In this document: positions 25,734-38,364 of the stretch, piece after piece
How positions within the stretch are numbered: position 1 is the first letter of the stretch
Layout: every line of letters starts with the position of its first letter
NCBI RefSeq assembly: GCF_902713615.1
Contig: NC_052157.1
Span: forward strand, 76,201,411-76,265,410
Reading direction: 5' to 3'
Length of the DNA: 64,000 bases
From: Scyliorhinus canicula
Lineage: Eukaryota
Notes under the pieces: generated by a model
Databases searched by the model: none
Seen by the model: only the letters and a program-made list of their open reading frames with translations
What the model was told of the DNA's origin: nothing
Made by a program: the position numbers and the translations under genes

Positions 25734-26925
25734 ATAGAACATAGAACCGTACAATACAGCCCCTGTGCCCCAAAATGTTATTCCAAACTAGTCTGAAAAT
25801 AAGATCAAATCAAACCTACTCCCAATCACTCTAATGCACTCCATATGCCTATCCAATAATCGTTTGAATGTTCCTAAGTGTCTGACTCCACTACCATAGC
25901 TAGTAGTGCGTTCACGCTCCCAATCACCCTCTGTAAAGAATCTACCTCTGACATCCCTCCTATATATTCCCCATGACCCTTATAGTTATGCCCTCTTATC
26001 TACCCGAGGAAAATACGCTGAACGTTCACTCCATTATCCACCTCATCATCTTATACACCTCAATTAAATCACCTCTCATCCTCCGTCGATCCAATGAGAA
26101 AGCCCAACTCCCTCAACGTTCCTCAAAAGACCTACCCTTCAATCCAGGCCAGCATCCTGGTAATTCTCCTTTCCACCCGTTCCCAAGCGTCCACCTCCTT
26201 TCTGTAAGGAGGAGACTAGAACTGCACACAATACTCCAAATGTGGTCAAACTAATGTGTGTCTAGTTGCAGCATAAGCTCACGGCTCATAATGCAACCCG
26301 CCTGTTAATAAATGCTAACGCACCACACGCTTTCTTCACGGCTCTCTCCAATTGGACCTCTGGACATAAACACTGAGATCTCTCTGCTATTCCACATTCT
26401 TGAGAAACCTGCCGTTAACCGTGCAATCACATTCAAATTTGTCCGACCGAAATGAATCATCCCCCACTCATCAGGGTTCAATTCCATCTGCCTGTTGACA
26501 GCCCATTTCTGCATCCTATCAATGTCTTATTGCAGCCAACAGCCCTCCACAATATCCACTACTCGACGAATCTGGTGTATCAGAAATCTACTGAGCCCAA
26601 CCTTCAACTCCATCATCCAAGACATTGATAAGAGCCACAAAAGCAGAGGACCCAGCATGATCCCTGTGGTACACCGCCGGTGAATGTGGCTCCAGGTGAG
26701 AATTTACCATCTCCCTCCACCCGTCATAGCCAGTTATTGTTTCAATCGGCCAAATTTCCGTCTGTGCCATGCCTCTTACTTTCTGCATGAGCCGACCATA
26801 GGGCACCAAAGTCCATGTATACGACATCAACTCCTCTACTTCCTCTGGTGTAGCTAGTTACCTCATCAAAGAATACAATCCAAATTGTGAGGCAAGACTT
26901 ACCACTCACAAATCTAGATATGATG
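25734..26925 (-). mobile_element. 5'-truncated CR1 LINE (RT C-terminal half and tail), nested
   Basis: GKSCLT, VDVVYMDF, WAVNRQMELNPDEW.MIHFGR; tail at 25734. Confidence 0.88.
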
Positions 26926-27512
26926 AACCAGATATCTGAAAGACACCCTCTGCCGCTCAGCCTCCCTTTAAACTGTACTATCTTTCTGTTTCTAGCCTCA
27001 CTACCACGCGCTGCATGGAATAAATGCGTGATTACCAACACAGATGTATTGTTTGTAAACTTTCTACTAAACTACTTAAACTTCTCCTGCACGACCTCGT
27101 CACAATATCTGATGATGCCGGTCTTCGCAATCTGTAGCACAATCTCAGGCTGTTCAAACTTTTACTTCAGAATGTCCCACGCCCGTTCAGAGATATCCTG
27201 GACCCTGGAATCAGGAAGGCAATATGCCACACTGGAATTTCTTTCTCGACAACAGAAGCGCATATCTGTTCCAATCACAACAGAGTTCCCTAAAACTATT
27301 AATGTTCTCCAGTTTGTCCCTCTCAGTTTATCCACAGAGCCAGCTGTGGTGCCACTGCTCAGGCTGCTGCTGCCGCCGCCCGCCCACCCCAACATAATCC
27401 AAATATATGTTGTTTTTGGACTAGGAAAGTCAGGTAATTCATGCATGACTGCCTGCGCCTTCTAACGGTCAACCCAACTATGTTCCGTCTCTTTTGAATG
27501 TAACCACGTCTC

Positions 27513-27610
27513 TAAATGAATGAAATGAAATGAAAATGAAATGAAATGAATGAAAATTGCTTATTGTCACGAGTAGGCTTCAAATTAAGTTACTGTGAAA
27601 AGCCCCTAGA
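27513..27610 (-). repeat. SINE family-3 3' tail with (AAATG)n microsatellite
   Basis: Matches 19594-19655. Confidence 0.7.
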
Positions 27611-28317
27611 TATCCTGCCTATGGCGCTTTTCCGCCACTTGCATGATTCCGAGTGAATCTAACCATTCTTCTAAAACATCCATGCAGTGTGTCAGGAACC
27701 GTAATGAGTGCACATCCTGCAGATTTAATTGTCACGAATGCTGGAAGCATCACTGACATCCCACATGTCACATCTGAAGCATTTGCCTCCTCTAACTGCT
27801 ATTTCGCGAACGAATTCCAGTGATTAACAGAAGAAACAATACTTATTAAGTTAAATTAGTTGCCGTTAACTATAGCATCCTCGGCAGTAGATTCCTACTA
27901 TAAATGAGTCACTTTATTTTCTCAGTTTTGTTCCCCAAACTGTTATCCTGTTCATTTTTTTCAGTTCTAGTTATTTTTACACAGTCCCTCACTTCAGTTA
28001 CCGCGAGGGATGTTCAGCTGACCAATTTCCTGTGATATCACTGTGTTGTTTTCTTGAATCCGAATCCGGAGTCGAACAGTTCCTGAAACCTGGGAAAGGC
28101 TGATTCCCGCAGGTCCGTTATTCTCTCCACCCTAAAAAAGATTCAGGCCCTGATTCTCCGGCTGTCTGTATATACTCCCCCGTGCCAAGCTGTCCCTCGC
28201 AGATTTGGTGTTCTTAATCATGAAAAGCAGGCCTGGAGCTGCTGACGATAGCTTGACTGATAGCTGCCAGATGTTCATCTGGAATTCGCATTGCAGACTG
28301 ATGCGGATCAAGAAGAA

Positions 28318-29025
28318 CACAGAACAAAGAAAATTACACCACAGGAACAGGTCGTTCAGCCCTCCAAGCCTGCGCCGACCATGTTGTCCTTCGAAACTAA
28401 TCTCTTCTGCACTTCCAGGGTCCGTATCCCTCTATTCCAATCCTTTTCATGCGTTTGTCAAGATGCCCCTTAAACGTTACTATCGTCACAGCTTCCATGA
28501 CCTCCTCTGGCAGCGTGTTCCAGGCGCCCACTACCCTCGGTGTAAAAAACTTAACTCATACATCTCCTCTCAACCTTACCCCTCGTACATTCAACCTATG
28601 ACCCACAGTAATTTACCCCTCTACACTGGAAAAAAGTCCCTAACTATCCACTCTGTCTATGCCCCTCATAATTTTCTAGACCTCTATCAGGTCGCCCCTC
28701 AACTTCCTTCATTGACGTGAGAACAACGCAAGTTTATGCAGCTTATCCTCAAGGCTAATGCCCTCCTTACCAGGCAACATCCTGTAAAATCGCTTCTTCA
28801 CCTTCTCCAAAACCTCCACATTCTTCTGGTAGTGTGGCGACCACAATTCATCACTATACTCCAAGTTGGCCTCATGTTCTATACAGCTGCTGCATACCTT
28901 GTCATTTTTTATATTCAATGCCCCGGCCAATGAAGGAAAGCGTGCCGTATGCCTTCTTGACTATCTTCTCCACCTGTGTTCCCCGTTTAAGTGACCTGTG
29001 GACCTGTACACCAAGATATCTCTGA
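28318..29025 (-). mobile_element. CR1 LINE 3' fragment
   Basis: YLGVQVHRSLK..TQVEKIVKKAYGTLSFIGRGIEYK; WSPHYQKNVEVLEKV. Confidence 0.88.
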
Positions 29026-29688
29026 CTCACAGCAATCAATATAACGATACTCAACTGCATGGACTTGGTAAACTTCATAGGCAAAGGACAGAGACCTATT
29101 CAGAAGGAAGTCAACTTAATGACTGTAATGAAGGTACGTTGCAGAGTTACTCAAACGTTATTTACATTCTATGTGTTTAGTGCTGGCCCCGGTCTCCACG
29201 AAAACCTTGGCGTCAATTGAACTCTATACTACACAAGAACAGTACCGCTAATTTAACTAACAATATTATAAACTGTGCTTGTATTGCCCTGTGAAACGAG
29301 TTAACTGCATAGTGTTTTTGCAAAGAATAGCTGGAAGTTGATTTGCTTGCTGAGTATCTGGGACCATTAAAGAAACGGTCGGTTTCAGTTTCAGCAATTA
29401 TCCTCTGGGCACTCTATCGTACCCACCATGATACGAGGGACTGGGGAGGTTGGAAGATGGATTAGACGGAACATGATGAACTGCAATACAGTAGGTGTTT
29501 TGACTGCAGTGGTTGACAGAATGGAGGCAAGCAGTCGCAGGGAAACTTGAAAATGAGGAAATGCTCGTCTATTCAGCACCACGGATGACGTTCGACAGGA
29601 AAATAGTGCTACTCTCCTGAGAAGGATTATCAGAATTCCTTATTGCTCATGCTATGCACGCAGTATTAAGTAACGTTTTGAAACTTAC

Positions 29689-29703
29689 CCGTCTTTATAT
29701 TTT
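29689..29703 (-). CDS. Host gene micro-exon 7 (15 nt, ENIKT)
   Basis: ctgatcacag|AAAATATAAAGACGG|gtaagtt; exon and both flanks resemble 51018-51032. Confidence 0.72.
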
Positions 29704-29849
29704 CTGTGATCAGGTGCAGAAAATATAAACATAAAGAAGGTGATAGGTGATATCACTGTGGAAAAAAATTATCTGCATTAAATATGATACATTTAAGAGC
29801 GATTAATGGCTCTATCCGTCATTTACAGTTAATGAAGAATATAAATATA

Positions 29850-32400
29850 AAATAGAAGCAATCAATTCGGGCCTTCGAGGTTGCTCCACAATTCGTTTTG
29901 ATCATGCATAATTCTGGAACCTAATCAAGCACCTTAGCCCACTTCTACATATTGGTATCCATAGACTGCTATGTTCTTAACTTCCAAACTTCACCACCCT
30001 TGCAGGAAATTATGATTTCCTAACCGAAGTAGCAAGTGACATATTTGTTACCTTCATATATTGAATGCCTGTTCTAAACCACTGCCAGATGAAACAAGAA
30101 CATTCTTGCATCATATTTGCCCAGCACTGCTTCAATTACTTCTCCTCTCATTCTGATACATGTCAGTCAAAACAGACCCTGCCGAACCAATATCTACTCA
30201 AATGACAATCCAGCCATCCTAGGAATTAGTCTGGTGAGCTTTCGTTGCGTTCCGTCGATGGAAAGAACATAATTTCTTAGCTAAGCGGAATTTAACTGTG
30301 TATAATAATCCTGGCGAGGTATCACCAACATCCTCTGAAAAGTGTGGCTGCATTCAAGCCCGCTTGCAATGATACAACAAATTACATTTGCTTTGCTCAC
30401 TGCTTGCTGTAACATCATGCTTGTTTTCATTGGCTGGTGCACATGGATAAACAACAGTTCCCAACATTTCCCAGTTGAATAATATTCTGCCATTACGTTT
30501 CTCCAGCAGGGATGGATAACGGCATGCGTATCTGGGTTTCCCTCCTATTTGTCCGTTCACTCACTTGTCTCAACCACGGCAAATCTTCTTGGCATCTTTG
30601 TTACCATTCACATCACCAACAAATCTCGTATAGTCAGAAAACATGGAAAGATTACATTTAATGATTTCATCCTAATATATGATATAATTTGACAATATTT
30701 GGGACTCAAGCAGTGACCATGCCGGATCTTTAGTCACGGCCTGCCTGTCATAAACATATCTATTTACCTCTACTATCGGTTTCCTGTTTTCTACCACTCT
30801 CAGTTAATACTTCGAAGTACATTTATTTTAACATTTTCACTCTCCTAATCCTTGACACTTTACCGAAATGTTTCTGAAAATCCGATGTCCACGTGCCACT
30901 CGTGCACGCTTATCTTTTCTACTGGTTACGTTCTCAAAATCTCCTGTTCGGTGGTCAAGAACGAATATCTTTTTAAAATCCTGTTACACCTTTCTATGTG
31001 TCCTGTTGTCACATCATTAATAGCACGCCTCAGCCAATTCCAGGCTGGTGACGTCAGGCTCACTGGTTTTTTATTCTATGTTATTTTCACTGACAACCCA
31101 TCTTTCTTTGAATAGCCAACAGCAGTTCGGACAAAATATGATTTCCATGGCCACCGAATTCACTATATTGGAACGCCGATGATAAGGCTCTATTTTTTAT
31201 TCACTTATAGTCCCATTATTGTGCCCTGAAATATTTTTTGATGGAAAGCGAACTTTCGTCAATTCCTCACGAAGCCCTTGCTTAAGCAAAGCTATTTGTG
31301 AATACAGAACTATAGTAGATGTTTAATTGCACAATACTGAGCGTGTTCTGCGCCATAAGTCCTCGCATGTCGACTGAAGTGGACCAAAATTTATCTTTGC
31401 TATTTTTATATCATTGTAAAAGCCTTTGCTGTGTGTTTTCTATGTCAGTCGGAAAATAATTCTCATACTCACTACCTAATCAATTCCTGGATCCTGCTTT
31501 GCTGAATGCTGAATTGCCAGAAATCGTTAATCTCGCTACATTTTCTTGCAACTTCATACGAACCATATTTGGAGCGAATATTATCCTCAATTTATGCTGC
31601 TTGATTTGTGTGGGCTCTTTTTCGCACAGTACTTTTTTTCTCCAGGACGGAATGTATAAGCCCTGCAATGCAACAGTCCATTCTTTAGATTGCCCTGTTC
31701 TACCGTTTTGCATTTTAATGAAGTTGCCTAATTTACCTTACCGAACATCATGAATTGAGTTTCCCAGATTTAGATCAGGACCGCGGTTTATTATCCAGCA
31801 CATGCATATTCCGTCCAAATGAAAAATTAAATCATGTAGTAGTCATGATTCGCTAAGCACTCCCCACAACCTTCTAAGTGATTACACACTTCTCATTGCA
31901 TAGCACAAATGCGTTGAGCATCTTTTTGTTTGATTTGTCTCGACATACTGCTCCAAACAATACAACTTGTACACGTTCCTCGAATCCATCTGCAGCAATA
32001 TTAATGCTGATTTATTTACCCAATCTACATGTGGGTTGAAATCTCCCACGGTTCTGAAGCGCCCTTGCTACATGCATCTCTGAGTTGCTATTTGCTATCA
32101 ATCACGTCCTTACCACTGCAGTTTGAGGACTTGTAGAGAACTCCCAGTAATTGTTTACTCCCATGATTGCTGTTTAGTTCCACCAAGCCCGATTCTGGAT
32201 TCAGGTTTTATGAACCAACATCAGAGCACTGATGTCACCATTCAGTGAGAACGACTCTCCATCATCTCCTGCTTGCTATCTGTGATATTAATTGGGGAAA
32301 TTAAGAATCGGTAATGACATTTGGATCAAGGAATATAAAGCTGGGGGATTAGGAAAACATGATGCCATGCAAATTTGTAAATAAATCGAAAAATAAGATT
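29850..32400 (-). mobile_element. Highly degraded CR1 LINE
   Basis: Scattered motifs (PVSLTS, QQAVSKAN...IASGLE, CR1-like tail). Confidence 0.65.
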
Positions 32401-32429
32401 GATTGGAGGAAAACAATGAATTAAGGGCT

Positions 32430-32965
32430 GTTCGGGGCGCAGTGATTAGACCTGGGGCTACAGCACTGAGGACTCGGATTCGAATCCCGGCCCTGGGTCC
32501 ACTGTCCGTGTGGAGTTTGCACATTCTCTGCATGTCCGTGTATGATAGAATTTACAGTGCAGAAGGAGGCCATTCGGCCCATCGAGTCTGCACCGGCTCT
32601 TGGAAAGAGCACCCTACCCAACCTCCACCCTATCTCCATAACGCAGTAACCCCACCCAACACTAAGAGCAATGTTGGACACTAAGGGCAATTTATCATGG
32701 CCAATCCACCTAACCTGCACATCTTTGGACTGTGGTAGGAAACCGGAGCACCCGGAGTAAACCCACGCACACACGGGGAGGATGTGCAGACTCCGCACAG
32801 ACAGTGACCCAAGCCGGAATCGAACCTGGACACTGGAGCTGTGAAGCAATTGTGCTATCCATAATGCTACCGTGCTGCCCGTGTGCATGTTTCACTCCTG
32901 CAATCAAAATATGTGCAGGTTAGGTGGATTGGCCACGCTAAATTGCCCTTATTTGGAATCAAAAA
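32430..32965 (+). mobile_element. Short SINE interrupted by an antisense SINE
   Basis: Head and core at 32430-32540 resume at 32881; similar to 39290-39510. Confidence 0.75.
32541..32880 (-). mobile_element. HE1-type SINE variant nested in another SINE
   Basis: GGGCAGCACGGTAGCA head on the minus strand; short (CC)GTGT duplication at the junctions. Confidence 0.85.
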
Positions 32966-33551
32966 TTATTGGAACTCTGAATTAAACATTTCACTTTAAG
33001 TTTTAGATTGAAGGGCAGTGACACATGTGTTGCCAAAGGCTGGCTCCACACGATGGAAAACATCAAACTAATGAAAGGTACTGCAAAGCACAATTTGTTG
33101 GGAACAGGCAGACGGACACAATCAAATCGAACTTCACAGCCACAGCTAGTTGAAGTAAAAAATATCCAAAAATAATTAGAAGCTGTATCTTTCGCTGACA
33201 AGGAGGAATATGTTTCCAAATTTCGCCTCATGTCCTCTGTATGGTTATTAATTTCTGGATGGTGCTGATAATGTTACAATATATGCCATTTAACATGGGG
33301 AAAAAGGGCACCTGCAGAGTTCATGGAACCTGGAGCGTCGGAACCAAGGGATAATTTAATGGAATATGGCATCTGGAGCCGTTAATTTACTTTCATAAGC
33401 TAGTGTATTTTCTTTTTGTACATTTTTACTTCCGTGCGTTTTTTTATAATTTCCTTTTACGTGAATAAATATGCCTCATTAATTGTCCATGCAACGGCTG
33501 GACATTTTTTCCCTGCTTTAAATCTGTTCCTTACAGTACAGAAGATTTAAT

Positions 33552-33744
33552 TAAGAAGACTTACAACACCAAGTTAAAGTCCAACAGGTTTGTTTCAAAT
33601 ACTAGCTTTCGGAGCACAGCTCCTTCCGAAGGTTGAGTAGTGCTCCGAAAGCTGGTGTTTGAAACAAGCCTGTTGGACTTTAACCTGGTGTTGTAAGACT
33701 TGTTACTGTGCTCATTCCAGTCCAACGCCGGTATCTACACATCA
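33552..33744. mobile_element. Palindromic Penelope-associated element (inverted arms of ~65 bp)
   Basis: Arms 33552-33617 and 33640-33706 are reverse complements; same family as 36115-36328. Confidence 0.8.
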
Positions 33745-34029
33745 TAACAAATTGAAAACATACACGAATACGAACTCTTCATTGCAAAAAATCGAATACG
33801 TTTGGATATTAATTTCCCAGCTTTACTCAGCAGCAAGACGCGTCTCTGAAATCGCAATCATATTCTACTTATTCATATCAATTCAAAATTTTAATTTTTC
33901 ATGGGACTGTCCCTTGAAGAAATGTTTTCACTTATCACATGGCTTCAGTGATGTCATTGTGTGGGTACAGCTGGGCTGTGAATCCGTGGGTTTTTATTTC
34001 GCTTTGAGATTGCACTTTTTTTTGAACTG

Positions 34030-34538
34030 CACAGTTTGAAAGAAGTGTTTCCCTATCTTTATTTCAAAAGCTGATTCGAGACTGCTTGGTAACGTAAATT
34101 AGATAATTGGGTACTGGAAGGAATTCTACCCTGCTGTTTGAAAAAAAGAACAGAGTATCACCAACAAATCTTATACTCAGTAAGAATGTCGTGTGCTGCA
34201 CCTTACCTTTCAAAAGGAGTTTCTGGTTTTACTTGGATTTCGTGAATGAATTGGAACAATGAAGTGGGAATTCACTAATGGTTATACATAGAATCCTATA
34301 GCTCTGTGGGGTCTTCAGGTTTCTCGTTGATAAAACATATTACTCTGTGTGTTTGTCCAAATGTTAACTAAATTCGTAAAATAAAGCTTGTTTTTTGATT
34401 AAATACCCCTCGCAGCTACATTGAATAACACCTGAAAGGCAGGATCTTGTGTTCATCCTACCCAAATTCAACAAACAGTTGAATGTCAGTTTAACTCCAT
34501 AATATGCTTTTGAGTGTTCTAAACATTGGACTATAAGA
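34030..34538 (+). mobile_element. Probable solo LTR related to the 309-925 LTR
   Basis: 34480-34538 resembles the reverse complement of 309-370; AATAAA at ~34380. Confidence 0.5.
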
Positions 34539-36114
34539 AATTAATCTACTGTAGTTAAAAGGCGCTGTTGATTGAGATACCCCTTATCTTGACTCGTTCC
34601 TCAAATGTTATACATTTTTTAATAGTAGGAAACAATGTGCTATTAAATGTTTTATTTATCCACCTTTCCCTTTGCTTTTTACGTATTTTGCCTTTCCATT
34701 ATGTATTTCCCATTCTGTCTCTTCCTGCTCAGTTTCTGACCCTCATGCCTTTTGTCTTTGACCCTCCCCACCAGACGCAGCATGTGCGCCGACAAAGCCA
34801 ATGGTTCTGAACCAGCTGTTGTTCAGCACATCGAGATTATATTTCTCCCGTTGACCCAACAATCGGACCGAATGGATCAGGATTCGAAATGCCTACCTCC
34901 CACAGCATCACTACAATCTGACATTAATCTGGGCTTTCCTTTGTACTCACGACGTCGCCAGCACGTGATACTGTGAGTAATCCAGAACTCCATACGTTTA
35001 AATCCTGCGTATTAAATTATTTCGTGTTCCCCTATCGTGTGTTTTTAAGATGTAATTGCTCTTCTTATCTCCGTCCTTGGTACGGATATGGACAACTACC
35101 TTCCTCTACTCAGCCCCCTCATTCACAACTGCCTGCACCCATTCAGCTCCAACATTGATAATGGAACCATAGAAGAAATATATCAATTCTTGCTCCGTCT
35201 GACGCCTCGGAAATGCATAGCAGCAAATTGTGAGAGGATATTTTTTGTCATTATCGATCATTTACCTCCCTCCCTTCCTCCACCACCCGCCACCAGCACT
35301 GTCAACAGGGATATGGCGGACCAGGCTATCGCTCTATTCCACTGGAATTGCACTTTCTCCAGCATTATTTGCTACCAGGAGCAGAGCGTAATTTTGATTG
35401 AGAAATCTGACGAGATCGGAACACTTGTTTCAGGTCGTTATTTGAGAGGAAAGGATACTTTGCTGTAGGTGTAAATTCACTGAGAAATAGGGATATTTTA
35501 TGTTGAAACAAACAATTTGATTAACATTAGATTCTCCCCATTACATACAACTTGAAAGGAGCCTTTGATTAACAGCTGATGAGTTGTAAAAAAATAAATA
35601 TGGTGTTCTTCCTGTACATCTACCTCTCAATTTTAAATTAGGCAGCATTAACTCATTAAGGCCAAATACCACGTACTAATGAAGTAAATAGTCTTTCAGA
35701 TGTATTCATAAAGTAATTGCATGTTTACATACAAGAGTAGAATTCTTAACTGAAAGTTAGCAGGGCAGACGTAAAAAATAAACACCAAACTGGCTGAGAC
35801 CAACCCTTGAGTGGCACAGCAGTCGAACCAGCAGTTATTCCCTTAATTTTAGCTTCAGTAGACATATTATCTGTAACTTGTTGACAACCATATAAGAATC
35901 AATTGGAGCAGGAACATATCAATTGCCCACCCCAATCTTCAGACTTTTCTACAAGAGTACAAAATATGTGGTAGGTCCTTAAATTCACTTCAAAAGATGC
36001 TATCTGAAGTAAACACTGCAGGGAGTACTATCGATCCGCAAAGTTAGCCTTGTTTCTCGCGCGAATCACATTTCTAGACATGATAAGGTTTTGTGGCTTT
36101 CACTATTTATTTCG

Positions 36115-36328
36115 AGCACAGTAAGAAGTCTTACAACACCAGGTTAAATTCCAACAGGTATGTTTCAAACACGAGCTTTCGGAGCACTGCTCCTTCTTCA
36201 GGTGAATGGAGCAGTGGAGCAAGGAGCAGTGCTCCGAAAGCTCTTGTTTGAAACAAACCTGTTTAACCTGGTGTTGTAAGACTTCTTCATGTTCTCACCC
36301 CTGTCCAATGCCGGCATCTCCACATCAT
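36115..36328. mobile_element. Palindromic Penelope-associated element
   Basis: Long inverted arms (…AGAAGTCTTACAACACCAGGTTAAA… / …TTTAACCTGGTGTTGTAAGACTTCT…). Confidence 0.85.
36170..36204 (-). ncRNA. Minimal type-I hammerhead ribozyme motif
   Basis: Minus strand: CAC-CUGAAGA-A-GGAGC-AGU-GCUCC-GAA-AGCU-C-GUG (stem I, core, stem II, palindromic stem III). Confidence 0.65.
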
Positions 36329-36829
36329 ATGTATATACATTTTTAGGATCTGCACAGTTTTGTGATTAAGGTATTGAGATTTGAGGACTTTTGGCTTCAT
36401 TCTAGGTTAACCTGTAACCCCCTAATTATAAATGTTTTCAATAATTCTATATGACTCCTCGATTGGAAACATACCCATATCACCTTCGTTGCCATGCAGA
36501 TCACATTCATATACGTTTCGAAAAGGAAACCTTGTTTCCTCGATACTGCAATGGATATATCTCCAATCTATCAGGCGTTTCTTCGCAAAGCATCAATTTT
36601 ATATCACCAATCAGGTCATCTAAAATTGGGCTAATGCCACCAACGTAAGTACAACACCCACGCTGCCATGGCTTCCTTGCACACAAATCATTCTTCTGAT
36701 TGTTGTGTGCAGATAAAAATGGTCAACCCAACAACAGTCCTGTTCCTCCCAGAATAGTGTGTCAGCCAGAAAATGACCTGTTTATCTCTCTGCTTAGAGT
36801 GCTGTGAAGAAACCTGTTTATAATTTTAA

Positions 36830-37360
36830 GTGACGGGTGGGACATTTGCGAAAGAAATTTATGCTTCAACTGTACGTCTGCAATATTGAGCATATTTTGG
36901 TATCCGAATTTAAAGAACGATAGGAAGATATTGCAGGCAGTTTAGAGGAACGAGAATAGATTGATGCCTTTAATCAGCGTATTTCACGATAAAATGATGG
37001 ACAGACTGGGCTGGTGTCAAATGTATTGTCGAAGAGTGAGAGGCAAGTTAATTGAAGCGCAAAACATTCTGAATTCTGTTGTCAACGAGATGTCTGTTTC
37101 TCGCTGTAGGTAAGTTGAAAATTAGGGAAAGTTATGGAGCCGTAATTTTACAGCAGTGACGAGGAGATGGGTTTTCTCACAGAGCTTTTCGCTACTTTGC
37201 AAATAAGAAGGTGGCACAATTTTTAAGCTGGATGTCGATATATTCTTGGTTGGCAAGAATGAAAATTGTAGCTGGGTAATTGGAAAAGTAAAATTCAAAA
37301 CACGAATAAATGAGCCAACGGACCGAATCCGATGTCTGCTCCAACTTCCAACGTAAGCTT
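36830..37360 (+). mobile_element. Degraded CR1 3' fragment
   Basis: Weak matches to the RT C-terminus and 3' UTR. Confidence 0.55.
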
Positions 37361-37459
37361 GTATGACCAGAAGGCGTGTTCTATGCATTCTATCATATTA
37401 CCCAGAACAGCATGAGCTCATATTTTTAAATTGCATTTCAGGTGGAACTTTACCGAACA

Positions 37460-37608
37460 GAAGAACTAGGATCAGGAGTCGGCCATCTGGCCCCTCGAGC
37501 CTGCTCCACCATTCAATGAGATCATGGCTGATCTTTTGTGGACTCAGCTCCACTTTCCGGCCCGAACACCATAACCCTTATTCCCTTTATTCTTCAAAAA
37601 ACTATCTT
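37460..37608 (-). mobile_element. Very short 3' end of a young CR1
   Basis: Nearly identical to ~52510-52657. Confidence 0.88.
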
Positions 37609-37719
37609 CTGCAACGGAAACTCCTGTGTATAATTCGTCACATTGATCCAGCCTGTTTTTTTTAATTCAAATCAGGCACTAATTAATTGATCAAACACCA
37701 TTTCCCCGTGATATAAGCA

Positions 37720-37875
37720 GAATAATAATCATCTTTATGAATGATACAAATAAGCTTCCACTAACACCGCAATGAAGTAACTGTGAAAATCCCCCTTTTC
37801 ACCACACTATGCCAGTTCCGATACATTGGGAGAGAATTCAGAATGTCCGATTCACCTCAGAAGCACGTCCTTTGT
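37720..37875 (-). mobile_element. SINE family 2, 3' part
   Basis: Tail similarity to ~14975-15130. Confidence 0.6.
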
Positions 37876-38328
37876 GACGACGCGGCTGTCTGAATGAATT
37901 GTCAGATTCTAAATATTCTGCTATTACTGCCTTCATATTAGATTCTTCCATTTTCCAAAATATCAGAAGCTATCATGATTCGATGTTTTGTTCCTTCCAT
38001 CTCCCTTTTGTTCATTAATAGAATTTTGGATGTGATCGCGTTCCACTTTTTTCCAGCTGGCCAAGAGTACTTTCTGTCAGAGTTTGATCCAAATGTAAGT
38101 AGAATTTATTACATTGTGAAGTAATTACTTGCTGGACTTTGGTTGTTGAAATTGTAATACTCTTCTTCGTAGTGCCCAAATAACGATTGCAAAGGTTTAT
38201 CCAAACACACAGAAACATAGATATTTCTATTTCACCTCGAAAGTTTTACACACTGTTTGAAACATTGTGCGATTTGAACATGTGGTGTCAGACATAAAAT
38301 GACATAAAGCAATTATTTTACTATTCAC

Positions 38329-38364
38329 CGAATTTAGATAGAAGTTCGTGGCAGTCGCTGAGCT
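38329..38364 (-). CDS. Host gene micro-exon 6 (36 nt, ELSDCHELLSKF)
   Basis: tttcctgttgacattgcag|AGCTCAGCGACTGCCACGAACTTCTATCTAAATTCG|gtgaat; same xLSxC pattern as exons 4 and 8. Confidence 0.75.

Larger units (their letters stand above)
20255..28200 (-). mobile_element. Old, near-full-length CR1 LINE interrupted by two nested CR1 insertions
   Basis: ORF1 esterase (LIVLGNSVVIGTDMRFC, 27160-27450) resumes across 25734-26925; RT resumes across 21078-23467 (…DI/DR…WAERWQM); 3' end at ~20255. Confidence 0.75.

Noticed and set aside
33552-33706. Pre-miRNA hairpin or DNA-transposon MITE
   Set aside because: Multi-copy, asymmetric extension beyond the arms, no TSD seen, and hammerhead remnants point to a Penelope origin
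35989-36003. 15-nt AG/GT segment
   Set aside because: In-frame TGA in phase 1
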